Below, piece after piece: positions 19,936 through 28,075 of a stretch of DNA of 64,000 nucleotides. This DNA is from an uncultured Pseudomonadales bacterium (GTDB taxonomy: Bacteria; Patescibacteriota; Microgenomatia; UBA1400; PJMF01). The stretch is from NCBI GenBank assembly GCA_964574595.1, contig CAZNOF010000001.1, forward strand, positions 142,721-206,720, written 5' to 3'. The notes beneath the pieces were generated by a model. The model searched no databases. It was given only the letters and a program-made list of their open reading frames with translations, and was not told where the DNA came from. A program made the translations under genes and the position numbers. Every line of letters begins with the position of its first letter. Position 1 is the stretch's first letter.

Positions 19936-20542
19936 ACTCAACAAAGCAGCATCGTCTCGGTCACAGATCAACATCAAAGAAGTCAAAGATGGTGTTCTGG
20001 TTTTGCCTGGAAAAAAGTACCGCATGATTGTTGAGACATCAGCAGTGAACTTTGAATTGAAAAGTGAAGAAGAACAAGATCAAATCATCGACATGTTCCA
20101 AAATTTCTTAAATTCTCTTCCTTGCCCTGTACAAATACTTATACGAACCAGAGAAGTGGATATCGATGGCTATCTTGAGGAGTTTATGCAGCACAAATCT
20201 CAAGAGAAAGAAGTAGTCTACAAGGAACAGATTGATGAATACGCTTTGTTTATTAAGAAACTCATCTCAGGAAACAAAATTCTTTCTCGAAAGTTTTTTA
20301 TCGTCATCCCATATACCTCAGAAAATGGAAAACACGACTTCTCTCTCATTAAAGAACAACTTCAAGTAAGTGTAGATATTATTTCAAAAGGGCTTGAGCG
20401 AATGGGGATGAAGACACGGACACTCGGAAATTTGGAAACGCTCGACCTTTTCTATAGTTTTTATAACCCTGCTCATACAAAATCTCAGCCATTAACTAAA
20501 AAGGCTGTCCAAGCATTACTAGCGGAATCCTATGGAATTTAA
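19928..20542 (+). CDS. VirB4 N-terminal domain as a separate ORF
   Basis: 204 aa. Together with the next ORF (597 aa) the length matches a canonical ~800-aa VirB4/TrsE. The junction is ATGGAATTTAA, i.e. translational coupling in a different frame. Confidence 0.45.
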   Translation: MSRLNKAASSRSQINIKEVKDGVLVLPGKKYRMIVETSAVNFELKSEEEQDQIIDMFQNFLNSLPCPVQILIRTREVDIDGYLEEFMQHKSQEKEVVYKEQIDEYALFIKKLISGNKILSRKFFIVIPYTSENGKHDFSLIKEQLQVSVDIISKGLERMGMKTRTLGNLETLDLFYSFYNPAHTKSQPLTKKAVQALLAESYGI

Positions 20543-22325
20543 ACCAGTTACATATCTGACGAAAAGAATAAAAGCATTTCAAAAGCGAAAAAAAACGCAA
20601 GACAAAGCACGTCAATTTGAATTTGGAACACAAGATCAAGTCGATCTGATTTCCTATGCCAGCTTGAAAGAAACGTCAAACTATATTGAACTCGATGGGA
20701 AAGTCATGCGAACACTTTTTATATCAGGCTACCCGTATGTTGCAACGACTGGCTGGCTCTCAATGCTTACCAACTTCAATCATAACGTCGATATCTCGTA
20801 TCACATTGAACTGGTTGATCCCTTGATTGCACTCCCTAAACTCACTCGAAAAATCACTGAACTTGAATCAACCCGGCGATCCATGCTCACCGAAGGGAAA
20901 ATTATTAGCTCAGAGATCCTTGATCCACTTGAGTCCGCCATGAAACTCAAAGATAGAATTCTACGAGGACAAGAAAAACTTTTCCAGGTCTCCATTTATG
21001 TCACATTGATTGCTGACACGCTTTTGGATCTCAATAAGACGACTACTCTTTTGGAAACCACTCTTGCCACAAAACTGTTCTATACAAAAATTGCCGGATT
21101 CCAGCAGCTTGAAGCATTGCAGTCAATTCTGCCTAGAGGAGAAAATCTATTGGCACAGAAAAGAAACTTAGATAGTTCTTCTGCTGCCCTTACTTTCCCA
21201 TTCACATCCTCGGAACTCGTGCAGGAATCAGGAATTTTGTATGGAATCAACAAATCCAATAATTCCCTTGTCATCATCGATCGATTTTCACTTCACAATG
21301 CGAACAGTATTATCTTTGCCCAATCTGGAAGTGGAAAAAGTTATTCTGCAAAAGTAGAAATTTTACGTCAACTGATGCAGAAGACAAAAGTGATTGTAAT
21401 CGATCCGGAGCGTGAATATAAACAACTGTGCGAATCTCTCAACGGTACATATATCAAATTATCCGTTAATTCCAAAGAAAAGATCAATCCGTTTGATTTC
21501 TCTCTCAATGCCTCTGGTTCGGAAAATAGCCTCGCCGAACATATTCAGGACCTCACCGAGGTAATTTCACTTATGGTTGAGGGTCTTACGGCTCAAGAAA
21601 AAGCAATTCTCGACCGTGCCATCATCCAGACATATAAGGAAGCTGGGTTTTCGCTTCGAGCAGTTCAAAAATCTCGAGGTAAACATGTCTATCCACTCTT
21701 GAAACACTTATATAAAAACCTAAAAGCTGAGGGAGAAAAAGGTTTGACAGCCAGACTAGAAAAATTTGTAACAGGTTCGCTTGCGACCGTGTTTGATAGT
21801 CAGACAAACATTAAACTCGATAATCGCCTGGTTATTTTTGACATAAAAGATCTTCCTGAATCAATTCGAAAGATTATGCTCGTGATCGTGGCAAACTTTG
21901 TCTACAACCAAGTGAAAATAGAGCCTCAAAAACGTTTACTCATAATTGATGAAGGCTGGTTACTCCTGGAACACCAAGAAAGTGCCAGATTTGTGGCTGG
22001 GTTAGCGCGTCGAGCCAGAAAATATTATCTCGGTGTAAGTATCATTACCCAACAAGCCAATGACTTTTTAAACAATGAATATGGTCGAGCGATTGCCTCA
22101 CAGGCCTCTTTGAGGATTCTGATGCGTCAGGACACCACCACCATCGCAGGAGTAGCTCGAGAATTCAAACTCAGTGAATACGAAGAAAAATTCCTACTCA
22201 CCTGTGATCGAGGTGAAGCCATTATCATTGCAGATCAGAATCATGTGGCGATAAAAGTAGTGGCTTCCGAGAAAGAACATCCTTTAATAACCACAGATCC
22301 CAAAGAACTTTTCCAAACCCCATGA
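20532..22325 (+). CDS. VirB4/TraC/TrsE-family T4SS ATPase (C-terminal ATPase portion)
   Basis: Walker A AQSGSGKSY, Walker B LLIIDEGW, plus AGLARRARKY and ITQQ motifs. Confidence 0.8.
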   Translation: MEFKPVTYLTKRIKAFQKRKKTQDKARQFEFGTQDQVDLISYASLKETSNYIELDGKVMRTLFISGYPYVATTGWLSMLTNFNHNVDISYHIELVDPLIALPKLTRKITELESTRRSMLTEGKIISSEILDPLESAMKLKDRILRGQEKLFQVSIYVTLIADTLLDLNKTTTLLETTLATKLFYTKIAGFQQLEALQSILPRGENLLAQKRNLDSSSAALTFPFTSSELVQESGILYGINKSNNSLVIIDRFSLHNANSIIFAQSGSGKSYSAKVEILRQLMQKTKVIVIDPEREYKQLCESLNGTYIKLSVNSKEKINPFDFSLNASGSENSLAEHIQDLTEVISLMVEGLTAQEKAILDRAIIQTYKEAGFSLRAVQKSRGKHVYPLLKHLYKNLKAEGEKGLTARLEKFVTGSLATVFDSQTNIKLDNRLVIFDIKDLPESIRKIMLVIVANFVYNQVKIEPQKRLLIIDEGWLLLEHQESARFVAGLARRARKYYLGVSIITQQANDFLNNEYGRAIASQASLRILMRQDTTTIAGVAREFKLSEYEEKFLLTCDRGEAIIIADQNHVAIKVVASEKEHPLITTDPKELFQTP

Positions 22326-22921
22326 ATCCATTCTTACTCTGGAACATTTTTTCCTTTCGTCATGAAATTAAATATGTTGCCTTAGCTTTCATTCTCATCC
22401 TCTGTTTGCCGTTCATTGCTGTGATCGCCCTCACCCATACAGGAACAGATGTTGTTTCTGATCAATTGGTCAATAGTACACAAAATGAGTCAGTCGAAAT
22501 TAAAAACCCTCTGAATGGAACAATTCTCAAGAAAATAGATGGACCATTCATCTGGCCAATACATGGAAGAATTACTCTTGAATTTGGAGAGTCTGATTTG
22601 CCCTACCAGCCATTTCATACGGGGATAGATATTGCCGGAAAACCTGGAGATCCTGTGATCTCATTTCTTAAAGGTACAGTGATCTATGCTGGAGAACTGT
22701 CTTGGGGATATGGAAAACACATCATCGTTGATAACGGAAACAATGTGACGTCACTCTACGGCCACTTAAGTAAGATTTCAGTCAAAAAAGGGGATGTAGT
22801 CCCTCAAGGACAAATAATTGGATTGAGAGGAAGTACAGGATGGTCAACTGGAGCACACCTTCATTTTGAAACGAGAGTATTTGGAATCCCAGTCAATCCA
22901 AGGGTATTTTTAGGAAAATAG
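22322..22921 (+). CDS. Membrane-anchored M23/LytM peptidase (T4SS-associated wall hydrolase)
   Basis: N-terminal TM helix, HTGIDIAG and HLHFE motifs. Overlaps the VirB4 stop by ATGA. Confidence 0.8.
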   Translation: MNPFLLWNIFSFRHEIKYVALAFILILCLPFIAVIALTHTGTDVVSDQLVNSTQNESVEIKNPLNGTILKKIDGPFIWPIHGRITLEFGESDLPYQPFHTGIDIAGKPGDPVISFLKGTVIYAGELSWGYGKHIIVDNGNNVTSLYGHLSKISVKKGDVVPQGQIIGLRGSTGWSTGAHLHFETRVFGIPVNPRVFLGK

Positions 22922-22927
22922 ATAATC

Positions 22928-24331
22928 CTAATATTTCATATCAACGTAGTAGCCAGTCCTTCCATAGCACGGGTACCCACTTTTAGTTTTATGCGGATTG
23001 AGGCTCCCACTATGTGTAGTTTTCGTAAACCGCTTGCCGCAGGCAGTACATTGATAAATGTATCTTGGTCCAACTGAAACGCTTCTTCTCGTTCTTCCAA
23101 ATCTTGTTCTAGGCGCACTTAATGGTTTGTTTGGATCAAACAGGTGAGGATCTTCTGGCGTTTCTCCTGCCTTAGATAGTTCTATAATAAAACCCTCCCT
23201 GGGTTTGAATTTTTCTTCAGTGTTCTCTATAGATTGAAAGTTCTCCGATACAAAACACCGAACCCCAGGAGCACTTTGTCCACCAGAACAGTTGTATACG
23301 TAAAAATATTCTCGTTCTTGTCCATCTCTTTTTTGGAGGTATTTCAATGAATAAGGCTCGATCATTCGATTTTCTCCTTTATAGCAGACCTTCAAAAGAG
23401 TTTGAGTTCGAGCGGCGTGCATAATTGGATTTCTTAACTCAGGTCCAAAGTATGCAAACTGCGAATACCCATTATCTGGATATACACTGAAGAGTGTCTC
23501 CAAATCTCCTAAGAATGTGGCAATTGCCTCGTCTACACCAAACACAAATTGTTGTGCACACACCAGAGTTTTATCCCAGTATTCTCTAAAGTAATCAAAT
23601 GAAGTTTTGAGTAGGATATTTTTCAATACGTGAGGGTTTTTATCAAATATCGTTTTACGTATTAGCGTTTGGACGACTTCTTCTTTGTTGAGTTGTCCTC
23701 CCAACATTTTTATAGAGTAAGCGTAGTCAAACAGGTCGGGAGCGTGTTGTCGTTGAAGCAAACACTTAAGTTTAGTTGCAATAATCTCTTCTAGCTTCAT
23801 ACATCGTATGTCTGTAGTGAGCTCGCCTGCATCAGAATATGGGTGAATCAATTTTACAGTTTGGATTGGCAAAAGTACTTTATCAAAACGGGTAATATCC
23901 ATTGAAATTCGTATCCTGAAATGCTCAGCATTTCCATAAAAGTCACGAAAGTAGACTCGTGCTTCGTACACTTTCAGTCCGGGGATCGGAGCTTCACTCG
24001 CAGAAAATTTCTCTTCAACTTTATTATCCTCCTTAATAAAAGAGACATGTGCTTTCTCTTGAATAAAATCACAAACATTATTGATCTCTTTTAGCAATAT
24101 TTCCTGTGATATGTCTCCTGGAATACCAAAGTCTAAATCTGCTGAAAAGCGAGTGTTTTCGAAGTAGCCTTTACGGAGAGCGTTGCCTCCTTTTAGAAAA
24201 AGCTCATCTTTGAGGCCACTCACCGTGAAAAAGCCGTGAATTAGCCAGCCAAAAACATAATCCCTCTCCACATTTGACCGATGGATTTCAAATTCGACAG
24301 CTTTGGCATCAATTTCTTCTTTTTTGATCAT
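22928..24331 (-). CDS. AbiEii/DUF1814-like Pol-beta nucleotidyltransferase fused to a WYL-like domain and a C-terminal zinc-finger-like tail
   Basis: NTase motif FLKGGNALRKGYFENTRFSADLDF (hG[GS]...DhD). WYL-like segment RMIEPYSLKYLQKRDGQEREYFYVYN..GVRCFVSENFQSIE. C-terminal YQCTACGKRFTKTTHSGSLNPH (C-x2-C...H...H). Start set at M34 (24331) to avoid overlapping the divergent XRE gene. Confidence 0.55.
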   Translation of the reverse strand: MIKKEEIDAKAVEFEIHRSNVERDYVFGWLIHGFFTVSGLKDELFLKGGNALRKGYFENTRFSADLDFGIPGDISQEILLKEINNVCDFIQEKAHVSFIKEDNKVEEKFSASEAPIPGLKVYEARVYFRDFYGNAEHFRIRISMDITRFDKVLLPIQTVKLIHPYSDAGELTTDIRCMKLEEIIATKLKCLLQRQHAPDLFDYAYSIKMLGGQLNKEEVVQTLIRKTIFDKNPHVLKNILLKTSFDYFREYWDKTLVCAQQFVFGVDEAIATFLGDLETLFSVYPDNGYSQFAYFGPELRNPIMHAARTQTLLKVCYKGENRMIEPYSLKYLQKRDGQEREYFYVYNCSGGQSAPGVRCFVSENFQSIENTEEKFKPREGFIIELSKAGETPEDPHLFDPNKPLSAPRTRFGRTRRSVSVGPRYIYQCTACGKRFTKTTHSGSLNPHKTKSGYPCYGRTGYYVDMKY

Positions 24332-24422
24332 ATCTCGAGTGCAATATCTTTTGGATTGTAGTCCTCTTCCGTAAAAATCTCCAGTGCGCGGAATCTTTCT
24401 TGAATATAGTATAATTTCGAGT

Positions 24423-24632
24423 ATGGCCACTAAGAAAACAGATCAGAACGCTTTTGGAGTGCTTCTGAAAGAAGCGAGAGTAAAACTCGAGCTCACCCAG
24501 ACTCAAGTCGCCGAAAAAGCAGACATGACTAGTACTTACTATGCAATGATCGAACGAGGAGAAGTAAATCCTTCTCTTGAAAAGCTCAAGAGCCTGGCTA
24601 AAGTGCTTAAGATCAAATTGACAATCTCTTAA
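24423..24632 (+). CDS. XRE-family (Cro/CI-type) HTH transcriptional regulator
   Basis: LLKEARVKLELTQTQVAEKADMTSTYYAMIERGEVNPSLEKLKSLAKVL. It is divergent from the NTase-WYL gene. Start taken at the ATG at 24423. Confidence 0.75.
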   Translation: MATKKTDQNAFGVLLKEARVKLELTQTQVAEKADMTSTYYAMIERGEVNPSLEKLKSLAKVLKIKLTIS

Positions 24633-24931
24633 TCTAATTTTCTCTCGGCCAATACTCTTAAAGCAAATTCTCTCATAACGTCTGCCACTTTGATCGCCTG
24701 CTCTATGTTCGCATGATCTGGATCAGTTGTTTCTAGGCACTTCAGTGCGGATTCAATCAATATTTCACGATTGCTTTCACGCATGGCGAACAGTAGTGTT
24801 TCCTCTGAAATAGAATTGTACTTCTCTCCAAAGCGAGCAGATTTCGACAGTTCTAGGATTTCTGTCCAAGGTAACAAGCTCAGGTTAGAGATGCTGTCAT
24901 TTTTAGATTTCATCCCTCGTATTATAGCCAC
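24629..24931 (-). CDS. Small protein of unknown function downstream of the PLD nuclease (possible cognate inhibitor/immunity)
   Basis: 100 aa, 9 nt downstream of the PLD gene on the same strand. No recognisable motifs. Confidence 0.35.
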   Translation of the reverse strand: MAIIRGMKSKNDSISNLSLLPWTEILELSKSARFGEKYNSISEETLLFAMRESNREILIESALKCLETTDPDHANIEQAIKVADVMREFALRVLAERKLD

Positions 24932-24940
24932 TTTCTCAAG

Positions 24941-25381
24941 TTAGAGGAATTTGGAGTATTGGAGAAATTCAAACATCTCATTTGCCTCTTCTTTGTCTTC
25001 AATTCGCATCATGATTTCTCGGCTTTTGCTCTGAGATAGGATATTTAAACTTCCCTCCCAGAGGATCTCCCTGTCGAGAAGAGCTAACTTCCGATGGTGA
25101 TTTCCTGTACACAGAAGTACTTGCACTCCAAGCCTCTCAAACCGTTGGATTTCAGCTTCCGATTGTGGCTCCATTGTTTCTGTATGTTCTCGAGGATCTC
25201 GAGTAAATATATAGACTTTTACGTCTTTCTCAATAAGTAGCTTAAAATAAGGGAAAAGTGTCCTCATTCGTTCGCTTGTAATGAATGGACTTTCAACAAC
25301 GACTTCGCTAGTACAGCGAAGTAAATCTTTCTTGAATTGTTGGTAAAACGTCGTTTCGTCAAACAAAGAGGAGTTATTCAT
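24941..25381 (-). CDS. Single-HKD phospholipase-D-family nuclease (Nuc-like)
   Basis: Perfect HxKx4Dx6GSxN signature: HHRKLALLDREILWEGSLNI. At 146 aa with no signal peptide it matches dimeric single-HKD nucleases. Confidence 0.75.
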   Translation of the reverse strand: MNNSSLFDETTFYQQFKKDLLRCTSEVVVESPFITSERMRTLFPYFKLLIEKDVKVYIFTRDPREHTETMEPQSEAEIQRFERLGVQVLLCTGNHHRKLALLDREILWEGSLNILSQSKSREIMMRIEDKEEANEMFEFLQYSKFL

Positions 25382-25489
25382 GGACTTTCTCCTCTGACAG
25401 AGATTGATACGACAGCATTAACTTGTTAAAATAGCCAAGTAGGGATTCGAGCTGGGGTTCAAAATAATTTGCGTCTCCCGCTCAGCAAT

Positions 25490-26347
25490 TTATTCAAACC
25501 TGAAGCTTTTCATCATTTTTTCATCCAAACAGCCACTATCTAGACCATATTCATTTTCATTCGTAAAGGAACAAGCCTGGTCTAAGTTCCAGAAAGCAAA
25601 TTTTTGTTTTGAGGGCGAGTATTTTGCGGCGATACTATAGTTAATCGGACAGCCAGTTTCTGGGTACACTTTCCCATCGCCCAGGATCTCAATATCGAAG
25701 ATGCCCGGCACAGTGCTTTCCTTTTTACTACCAAGTCGGCAGGTTTTCCCATAGTTTGCTTTGATAATCGAATCTAGCTCAGCATCTGTGCTTGCTTTAT
25801 GCACTGATATTTTCCAACTGAGGACCATGTATTTGTGTTTGCCTTCTAAGGCTGAGAGAGTGATTGCTTTTTTGGAGCAAGTGAAATAGTTAACTGGATA
25901 CCCATCTCCAAATTCGGGATTCGGTTCCTCGCCGCCTAGCTCAAAAAAATACTTGGGTACGATGTAGAGTGCGTTCTTGGTAGTAATCGTTGTCATAGGC
26001 ACGATTCCTTCAACTGAGTCGTACGATTTGTTTTTTACATTCCATGTGCAACCTGCAAAGTATTGTTTTGTCTGTTTTGGCATGAAGATTGAGATGCCCA
26101 GTGACTTACTAACAATTTTCGTTGAACCAAACTTCATCTCCTCTGCCGCTGCTTCTTCAGGATTATAGTTAGGGCTGTAGTGCTCAGTCGGCACGTAACT
26201 AGGAACCGGAGTTGCTGATGGTTGCAAGCTCAGTGATGGTTGTTTGAAGTAACTGTGAAGCGCCAGCGATGTAAATACGATTGCTAACACAGTTCCTAGA
26301 ATGAGGATGGGAATTATCGAGGGTTTTAAGAATTTAGAGCGAGTCAT
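25490..26347 (-). CDS. Membrane-anchored secreted protein, unknown function
   Basis: N-terminal TM helix and a Cys-containing beta-rich domain. Confidence 0.45.
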   Translation of the reverse strand: MTRSKFLKPSIIPILILGTVLAIVFTSLALHSYFKQPSLSLQPSATPVPSYVPTEHYSPNYNPEEAAAEEMKFGSTKIVSKSLGISIFMPKQTKQYFAGCTWNVKNKSYDSVEGIVPMTTITTKNALYIVPKYFFELGGEEPNPEFGDGYPVNYFTCSKKAITLSALEGKHKYMVLSWKISVHKASTDAELDSIIKANYGKTCRLGSKKESTVPGIFDIEILGDGKVYPETGCPINYSIAAKYSPSKQKFAFWNLDQACSFTNENEYGLDSGCLDEKMMKSFRFE

Positions 26348-26392
26348 GCTGCTATTGTAGTATTCAGCTCAGCAATTTGCTACGATTGGTGA

Positions 26393-27139
26393 ATGACTGA
26401 AATCCAAATGTCTCAAATAAATAATCCTTCAGAGAAATCTGCGGTTGTGACTGATGTACCCAAGTCGTCTTCACCACAAAGCACTCTTCCAATTGTTGTG
26501 GCTATAATTTTGTCTGGGTTCGTTTTTGGAGGGTTAGGATATTTAGCTGGTAAAACAGCTGTCTCCTCTAAAAAAGAAATTGTTGAAAGTAATCTAGTTC
26601 AAGCAACACCTTCAACGGTTCCGACCCAAAATCCAACCGCCACAAGCTCTCCGATTGTTTTGGCCACGCCCAGCCTGCTACCTGCTCAATCCCTCATGCC
26701 CGGGTGGACTTTACATAAGAGTCGGGCGGGTATTTATGAGGTTCAGGTACCAGTAGGATGGAGAATTATTGGCTCTGAAGGTTTGGATGAAGGATTTGGT
26801 CCAAAAGAAGTTCAAGAGGATACTCTCTGGGGAATCGGCGTCTATTCGAAATCAAGCAACACTCTGGCAAAAATAGCGGCACCTATCGGAGATCAATTTG
26901 AAGATAGAAATCAAACAAGTGAGCCAATTACCGTGAACGGCTACTCTGCTACTAAAATCGTGACCACAACTGGCAAGTATGATGGGTGGTATTCTGAAAC
27001 AATTGTTTTCGACGCTGGAGATTCCTACATTGCTTTCTCCAATGGAGCAATGTCTGACGAAACCTTCCATAAAGTTAAGGGTGTTAAGCCAGGAGTCACT
27101 TTTGAGAAATTTTATCAGTCATTCCGTTTGCTGAAATAG
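26393..27139 (+). CDS. Membrane-anchored secreted protein, unknown function
   Basis: TM helix at about residues 33-53 and an S/T/P-rich linker. Confidence 0.45.
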   Translation: MTEIQMSQINNPSEKSAVVTDVPKSSSPQSTLPIVVAIILSGFVFGGLGYLAGKTAVSSKKEIVESNLVQATPSTVPTQNPTATSSPIVLATPSLLPAQSLMPGWTLHKSRAGIYEVQVPVGWRIIGSEGLDEGFGPKEVQEDTLWGIGVYSKSSNTLAKIAAPIGDQFEDRNQTSEPITVNGYSATKIVTTTGKYDGWYSETIVFDAGDSYIAFSNGAMSDETFHKVKGVKPGVTFEKFYQSFRLLK

Positions 27140-27142
27140 CTT

Positions 27143-28066
27143 CTACTCATCTGCCTGCATTTTGTGTAAAAAGTATTTTTCTAAAATGCCCATGTCTTCC
27201 AAGACACTTAGCAGGTGGCGATTGATTTCGGCAAGAGACATTTTGTCTCCACCCTCAACTCCTTCACGTATTTGATTTTGCATGTCTAGCACGTCAAGAT
27301 CATCTACGCTGGCGATTTCAGCTATTAAAGTTGCTAGTTGCTGGTCATTTTGCTGAGTGACTTCGTCATACTCTTGCTGTGTCCAACCTCCTGGGGCGTT
27401 GCTCATCAGAGGCATGAACCTTACTGGCTCAATGTTGATGACACCAAAAGTTCCACCATTTCTAGTTACCTGCATTAGTGTGCAGTGCGCATAATTATCT
27501 CCCATAGGCAGGACCATTTTTCCTCCATTTGGATCAAGTTGTTTCAAGAGCTCAATCGGCATAGAACGAGCGGCCGCCGTGACGATAATTCTTTGAAATG
27601 GGGCGTGGTCAGGCAACCCAACCACTCCATCGCCAACATGAAAGTGAATTGAATCGTTTCCTTGCGTCCGGACAATTGTTTCTGCTCGACGGACAAGCTC
27701 GTCAGAGATATCAGTAGTGTGAACTGTTTCTGCACAATCGGCTAACAAAAGTGCCAGCCAGCCCGAGCCAGTTCCCACCTCAAAAACAGATCCAGTTCCA
27801 TCCAATTCTAAGAAGTCCATCATTCTGGCCACCAGCGAGGGCTGACTCATGGTGGCACCATTGATAGGAATAATGGCATCGGTCCAAATGTGGTCAAGGT
27901 ACTTATCTTCAACAAAAGGTGCACGGCTGCGTCGAGCAATTGCCTGACGGATGAGCTGATTATCAGTATATGGATGGATACTTTTTTCGAGGAAACCTTG
28001 TATCTTCCCTTCCGACTGACGCTCCGCTGTGTTCTGATGGGCTGGTTCTTGTTCTGCTTTTAGCAT
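27143..28066 (-). CDS. Protein-L-isoaspartate O-methyltransferase-like (PIMT) with N- and C-terminal extensions
   Basis: SAM motif VFEVGTGSGWLALLLA and a PIMT-like core. At 307 aa it is about 100 aa longer than canonical Pcm. Confidence 0.6.
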   Translation of the reverse strand: MLKAEQEPAHQNTAERQSEGKIQGFLEKSIHPYTDNQLIRQAIARRSRAPFVEDKYLDHIWTDAIIPINGATMSQPSLVARMMDFLELDGTGSVFEVGTGSGWLALLLADCAETVHTTDISDELVRRAETIVRTQGNDSIHFHVGDGVVGLPDHAPFQRIIVTAAARSMPIELLKQLDPNGGKMVLPMGDNYAHCTLMQVTRNGGTFGVINIEPVRFMPLMSNAPGGWTQQEYDEVTQQNDQQLATLIAEIASVDDLDVLDMQNQIREGVEGGDKMSLAEINRHLLSVLEDMGILEKYFLHKMQADE

Positions 28067-28075
28067 ATCAGCCGA

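Noticed and set aside
22936-23118. 60-aa ORF overlapping the 3' end of the NTase-WYL gene
   Set aside because: It is in the same region as the zinc-finger tail and has no independent support.
24400-24415. TTGAAT / TATAAT as a promoter pair upstream of the XRE gene
   Set aside because: The spacer is only 4 nt. The TATAAT may still be a -10 for a leaderless transcript, but the pair is not a valid -35/-10.
24332-24430. Longer N-terminus (MAILEI...) for the NTase-WYL gene
   Set aside because: It would overlap the divergent XRE gene and its promoter region. The conserved AbiEii N-terminus begins after the M at 24331.
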